DNA of 64,000 bases from Eledone cirrhosa (Eukaryota). Made by a program: the position numbers and the translations under genes. The stretch spans positions 35,898,001-35,962,000 of the forward strand of contig OZ024748.1 in assembly GCA_964016885.1 (NCBI GenBank), written 5' to 3'. A model generated the notes under the pieces. That model did not search any database, was not told the origin of the DNA, and saw nothing but the letters and a program-made list of their open reading frames with translations. Positions within the stretch are counted from its first letter, which is position 1, and every line of letters starts with the position of its first letter. Below are positions 58,050-64,000 of this stretch, piece by piece.

Positions 58050-61000
58050 CTATAGTCTGATGTAGAGTGAAGGCCCATTCACACGGGCCATTCTCGCCAC
58101 TTTCACCCATCTTTCATAAAAACGGCTGGGGTGCAGCACCTCTCTCTCCATCCTGAAACGGACCAGTTGTTGGCCAGAGAGAAAGGTGTCTGACCTCATT
58201 CCTTTCAGACGCGTCCACCATACAACCTCTTTCGCCATGGCTATTACGCACAGAAACACCGCCTCTCCTTCGTTTTTGAAGAGGGGAGGCGGCTTGATCG
58301 TTACAATAGACTCGGTGGTCAACCGGATCGGTCCCACCCTTGACAGCAGTTGTTCGACATAGCCCCACAGATCGGCAATGCCCGAGCAGTGTACCAATGC
58401 GTGTGCAACGGTTTCCTCGTCGCACACGCATCTGGGACAGATCTTTTTCGAGGGGGCCCTACCCGGGCGCCCGTGTCTGTAGAGCCTTTCTCGAACGGGC
58501 AGAGCCCTTCTGTAGCACTGCCAGGCCAGGGACCTCTGGAAGTTATCCATGAGTCCCGGGCTGAATGTCCTACCGAATAGGTTGGCCAGTTCGTCTTCCT
58601 CCATGCCTAGGGCTTCTCCGAGGGCGTCTTCGCACCTGCTAACCACCAGCCCTCTATAGAATGACGAGGTGGATTATCCACTGACAGCCGGGTCCGCCTG
58701 CCAGAGAGCCGTGTGCCAGGCGCCCAGTTTTCTCGGTCTTTGCTTGACCCAGGATTGCAGCTCGGTGAGTGAGACGAGTCTGGGAAGGGCTCGCCTCACA
58801 TACGGGGCCCACACAGGTTGACCGGAGAGGAATACCTGGAGGTGCCGTATCCTTAATGCGTGTTTACGTATCATTAGCCACGGCATCCCTAGCCCTCCTT
58901 TCGAAGGGTGTTGACAGCAGATGGAGCTCCTCACCATAGGAGCCCGCTTCTTCCAAAGGAATTGGAAGAGTGCGCGCTCCATTTAGGCGAGCGTTTCCCT
59001 TGGGCAAGGCACAACGGTCAGGCGGTAGTAGATGACGGACGCTATATAAGTGTTCGCCACCTCCGCCCGACCTTTCAGGTACAGTTTGCACTCGGCCCAC
59101 TGCTGGTTCAGTGCAAACACCCTGTTCGTTACCCCACCCCAGTTCTTCTCCACCTGGAGGTCTGGTCCGAACCAGACTCCGGGCAACTTCACCGGGCCCT
59201 CCGTCCAGCGCCCGACGACGCCATCGGAGGGCATCGATCTGCCCCTCGACGTGCCGAGTTGCAGACCGATCGACTTGTCCCGGTTCAGCTTAGCCCCTGT
59301 AAACCTTTCGTACTCCTCTAATAAGGTGCCGATCGCCCCGATTTCCGAGGCCGTAGACACCATTACTGTAACGTCGTCGGCGTAGGCCGACGCCGCTTTC
59401 AGCAATCCCGGTTCCAACGGGATGCCCCGCAACAACTCCAACTTCCGCAGCAGTGGCTCTAGATTCATTACATACAGAAGGGAGGAGAGAGGGAACCTCT
59501 GTCGGAATGAACCGCGCGATTTCGAACGGCTCCGAGAGGTAGCCGTTCACCTTGACCCTAGAGCAGATGCGGCTGCTGTGCATGGCATTGATCCAGCCCC
59601 TGAAAATGGGTCCGAAGCCTGCCGCCGCTAGCACCGCATCCAGGTAACCATGGTCGACCCTATCGAATGCCTTAGATTGATCCAAGTTGATCAGGGCCCC
59701 ACCAAAGCCGGGTTCGTTCCCAACCCTCTCTATGATGTATCGCATGAGGTGGAGGTTGTCGTGGATGGACCTGGACGGGATACCACATGTCTGCGCATCT
59801 CCCACCAGGTTTCCCACGACAAGCGCCAACATCTTTGCTAGCACCTTGGCCAAAATCTGTAACTCTGTATTTAGCAGAGTTATGGGCCTGAAATTATTTA
59901 TATCGTCCCCCTTGTTCTCGTCCTTCCTCACTAGCGTGACTACGCCCTTGGTCACAGCACAGGGAATTCGCCCGTTCTGTTGCCAGTTGCAGTAGACCGC
60001 CCCGAGGAGATCGGGGAACAAGTCCGGCATAGCTAGATATAGTTCGTATGGAAGACCATCGAGACCCGGGGATTTGCGTTTGCTGCATTGGCTCAGCACG
60101 TCCTCTATCTCAGCGGCTGAAATCGGCTCCTCGCAGGACTTCGCTTCCCTGTACGAGAGACGCGGCAGGCCGTCGAGGTATGGACCGAAGTCCACATCCC
60201 CAACCGGCTCCCCGCCCCTTCCGAACAATCCGGCAAAGTGCTTTTGAAAAGCGTCGCACATCTGCTTAGGTTCAAGGATCACCCCTCCATCCTGGTCTCG
60301 CAAAGACCAGATAGTGGATCTGCTCCCTCTTTTGGCTTCTGTCACGCGGGCCCAGCTAACAGCTTTTGTCCCCTCGTTTCCCAGAGCACGTATTTTGCTT
60401 CGGACGATGCAGCCTTCGTGTTTCGCGTCGAAGAACTGGCCCAGGGCCGTTCTCGACGCTAGCACTCTGGCCACGTCGCCGCTTCTAATTGCCTCTTCTA
60501 CACTATCTACCAACTCCCTTTCCTTCCTATTTCTATTTGAGGCTAACTCCTTACTAAATTCTATAGAGACTACTCTAATCTTTCTTTTGAGAGATCCCCA
60601 CCACCTGCTGTTGACGATGGCGCCCGTCAACCGCTCCTTAATTAAAGTGCTAATCCGGTCCCTGTAAGCCTTACTTGCCGGTAAGGACAAGTTGAGCTTC
60701 CAGTAACCGGGTCCCTGTCTATGAGTTCTGTCAAGGTTGACCATGCAGGTCACTAACTTGTAGTCTGAATAGCCAACTATGCGCATTTTTGGACAACTTA
60801 AAAAGTCCTTATCCTCAATTCTAACTAAGAACCTATCTAGGTACGACCTAGATGATCCGCTACGATTTGCCCAAGTCCAGGTTGGCGCAGTCGGAAAATC
60901 TAGTCGATATCTATCGGCCAGGTCAAATCGACCGATTAACCCTCTATCGGGACAGGCCCCTACGTAGTCCCAGCGTGCATCTAGGATACCATTCCAGTCC

Positions 61001-61419
61001 CCCACTAATAGCAAGGAGCGGGACGTCCCTAGAAAAGTCTCCAGACGATGGAAGAAGTCCGGCCGCGTTGACCCGAAAGGGCGGTAGGCGGCTACCAACC
61101 TAAACGCTCCGCCTTCACCACTGCCAAGGTCCAGAACCACTAGTCGACCCTCCGGGTCCAAATGTACCATCTGTGTTGCGAGACCCAGATGTTTTTGCAG
61201 CAGAACGACAACCCCACCCCCACCTCCGGGCTGACAGAGAGATGCGTGCATCTCAAAGTCATCAAAGGTGCGGGCCAGCTGTCGCACGTTGCTGATCCGG
61301 GCCTCGCAAATAACCATCACATCTATACGTTGTGACCTGAGGTCATTTAGAAGCATTGCTTGCTTCCAAGTTGAGCCCAGGCCACGCGCATTTAAACAGC
61401 CTACTCTTAGCATAGCCAT
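58050..61419 (-). pseudogene. ORF2: AP endonuclease + reverse transcriptase + C-terminal CCHC (frameshifted)
   Basis: CLNARGL, VICE, VGDWN, SRSYLDRF, SDYK, WKLN, KSPGLDG, DQSKAFDRV, AYADDV, CPRC..HALVHC; split over four ORF pieces. Confidence 0.95.
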
Positions 61420-61443
61420 GTTGGTGGTGAAGAGAAAAGGCAC

Positions 61444-63236
61444 TTACTTCTCTGCGTCCCGGGTATTGGGCTGCACAATTTCCATTAGGGTGGGGGATGG
61501 GTTGTTGGGTGGGGTGGTGGTTTGTGGAAGTGTAGGGGCATCAGTGTGTTGTGTGGTTGGGGTGTTTGGAGTTGTGTGGGTGTTTGGGGAGGGTGTGGGG
61601 TAGTTTTTTAGAAGGACGCGGTTAATGGGCCCGACGCAGGGGGGACCCACGTCCTCTTTAAAGTTGTTTTTTTAAGTTTTATAAGTGTCCTGTGGGGCCT
61701 TAATCATTTTGAGGTGGGGGAAATCGCCTGCCTGGGTGAAGTTAGGCCCTTGGGTTTTTATTACATTGTTGTTGTACACAATGTTTAACAGTTTTTTGTT
61801 TCTTGTGTTTATGTATGTGCATGCATGTTTTTGTTTTTGTGTGGTGTTTTTTGTTTGCTGTTGTTGTGAGCTCTTTTGTGTTGGTGTCAGTGTTATGTTT
61901 TGGGGAGGGGTTGTTTTCATTTGTGTCTCTGAGGTGTGTTTTCTTTTTTTTCTTTTGATTGTGTGGAAGTGCTCCTCCTCGTCTGACGACGAACTAGGGC
62001 CATCTTCCGCGTTGGAGGGGAGGGGTATATTTTCGGGTTGTGTTTGCGGTGCGGGTGTTTTGGAAATTGTTTTTTTTTTAGTGGGGGGGATGGGTTGGAC
62101 ATTGTTTTGTTTTGGTTTGAGCTGTGGTTGTTGTTTTTGTAGTGGTAGTTGTGGTGAGTGTGTTGGTTGTGCAGTTGTTGGTGGTGTAGGCAGGATTGGG
62201 GTTTTCTTATTAAGTTGGGGACAGACAGCCCTCAGGTGACCTCTGGTTCCGCAGAGATAACACGAGGGCCGCCTACCCTCAACGGTAATGTTAATGAAAG
62301 TTTGATCATCCAGTATGACGCGTTCAGGGATCTGGGCGATCCTTTCGGGCCTCATTTGAACTACAAGTTCGAGGCTCGTTCCACTGAACGCGTCACCCGA
62401 TGCTTTTCCCATGGACACCAGCGTGTCATCATCCAGGTTCAGGAAACCTGTCAAAACCCACCATATGTCCATAAACGGCAGGATGGTGTGGATTTTTATT
62501 TTTTGTGTTCTACCCATGTGCGTAGGGTAGAAGGTGTATGCGGTTGATGTGATTGGTTTGATGGACAGTTTCACTGCTGTGTCCCTGTCCTTCATGAGAA
62601 TGGATAGACTCCCGTAGAGTCTATCCTTCTGAATGAAGGTGATGTCCTTCATGACGTCTTTTAAAACCAGCTCTATCTCACTCTGTGATGGTTGAGCTGG
62701 TTTTTTGCTTTTATTTGAGATTGTCCTAAACATGACAGTGTTTAGGAGTCTCTGGCTTTTTAGTTCCGGGGGGGGGGGGGATGGATCGTGAATGAACCAT
62801 TTTCCCCGTACACTATATATTTTTTGGCATCTGCCAATAGCTCCTTCGCTTTGGTTATATCTACTGGCAGATAGTCGAGGGTTTTCCTTGCCGTCTGGGC
62901 GAAGGAGACCCTTTCCCTGCTTGTGTTGCTGTTGTAGTTGGTGGTGGTGTTGCTATCATTGTTGTTGTTATCACAGTTATTGGTCTTGTTGTTGTTGTTA
63001 TTGTTATTGGTGTTGTTTTCGTCCGTCGCATTGTTGTTGTTGTTGTTGTTGCTGGTGCCGCTGGTTCTTTGGTTTGTTGCCATGGCAACGTCAAGTTGTC
63101 GGTCAGCAGGTGGAGAAAATCCTTCCTCTGGCTGACCTTTGTTTTTGACCTCTGCTACTGTGACAGTGGCAAGAGGAAGCTGTAAGTTTATCTTCCCCTT
63201 TCCTCCTTCCAATTTTGGTGAAGAAGCTTCAGCCAT
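61444..63236 (-). pseudogene. ORF1 (gag-like, single CCHC zinc knuckle), frameshifted
   Basis: SFAQ motif, CYLCGTRGHLRAVC, Pro/Gln-rich tail; pieces 62760-63236, 61672-62733 and 61444-61650; first break at a poly-G run (~62768-62780). Confidence 0.85.
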
Positions 63237-63464
63237 TTTTTAAAATGTTAACTTTTCAACAAAAAAAAAACTTTTTTGTTTAACTATTTCGCCTAAAGGC
63301 TGACCAGATCAAAGTTTGACCTGGCAGTCCCTCTACAAAATGGTACAAAAATTAAAGTTTACAGACAAGAATTTCTATAGAAATTTAAACAGAACTTACT
63401 CAGCAAGTTATACGCGTGTGTCCATCCCAGAAGATAGATAGATAGATATATATAGATAGATAGA

Positions 63465-63872
63465 TAAATATACACGGGTGTGTATGATTGTGTATAGAAC
63501 ATTATATTAATAAAAGGAATTTCAACTTTGTCTGATTTACTCGTTTTATTTACAATCCTTTAAAATTTATAATAGTATTAGAATGAAATAGTATGGTAGA
63601 ATATTAAATGTTAAGTGTTAATTGAACAAGTACTTTCATGCTTTCGCAATCTTCAGCTTCATATTCTGTTTGCAATTTTCAAGAAAATTTCAAACTTGAC
63701 TGTCACCACAGAATATGAAACTGAAGATTGCGAAAGCATGAAAGTACTTGTTCAATTAACACTTAACATTTAATATTCTACCATACTATTTCATTCTAAT
63801 ACCATTATACATTTTAAAGGATTGTAAATAAAACGAGTAAATCAGACTAAGTTGGAATTCCTTTTATTAATA
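63465..63872. repeat. Second copy of the 50.5-kb palindromic hammerhead element
   Basis: CTGAAGA-ttgcgaaagcat-GAAA-gtacttgttca at 63721-63754 with a mirror at ~63623-63660. Confidence 0.9.
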
Positions 63873-63881
63873 TATATATAA

Positions 63882-64000
<119 letters not shown>

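Larger units (their letters stand above)
57785..63430 (-). mobile_element. Near-full-length L1/Tx1-clade non-LTR retrotransposon
   Basis: 5' UTR, ORF1, ORF2 (APE-RT-zf) and 3' UTR ending AATAAAAAGAAA; (GATA)n at the 5' flank. Confidence 0.96.

Overview
Repeat-saturated eukaryotic (animal) genomic DNA with no confidently recognisable host gene. The extreme (TA)n/(CA)n/(GATA)n density and many tRNA-derived Nin/Deu-domain SINEs suggest a cephalopod such as Octopus (inference). Contents: one near-full-length and several truncated copies of an L1/Tx1-clade retrotransposon whose ends mostly abut (GATA)n/(TATC)n; Penelope-like element (PLE) fragments (RT plus GIY-YIG); a CRE-like RLE retrotransposon; an RTE 3' fragment; non-autonomous Helitrons; hAT-type TIR elements; SINEs; and several minisatellites. 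The main unexpected signal is about 25 type I hammerhead ribozyme (HHR) motifs from roughly 10 sequence-distinct families. Most have a self-complementary stem III and sit in 0.1-1.5 kb fold-back elements embedded in (TA)n. They include a 54-bp ribozyme-only tandem array and a retrozyme-like direct-repeat pair. All motifs were read by eye; nothing was folded or searched computationally.
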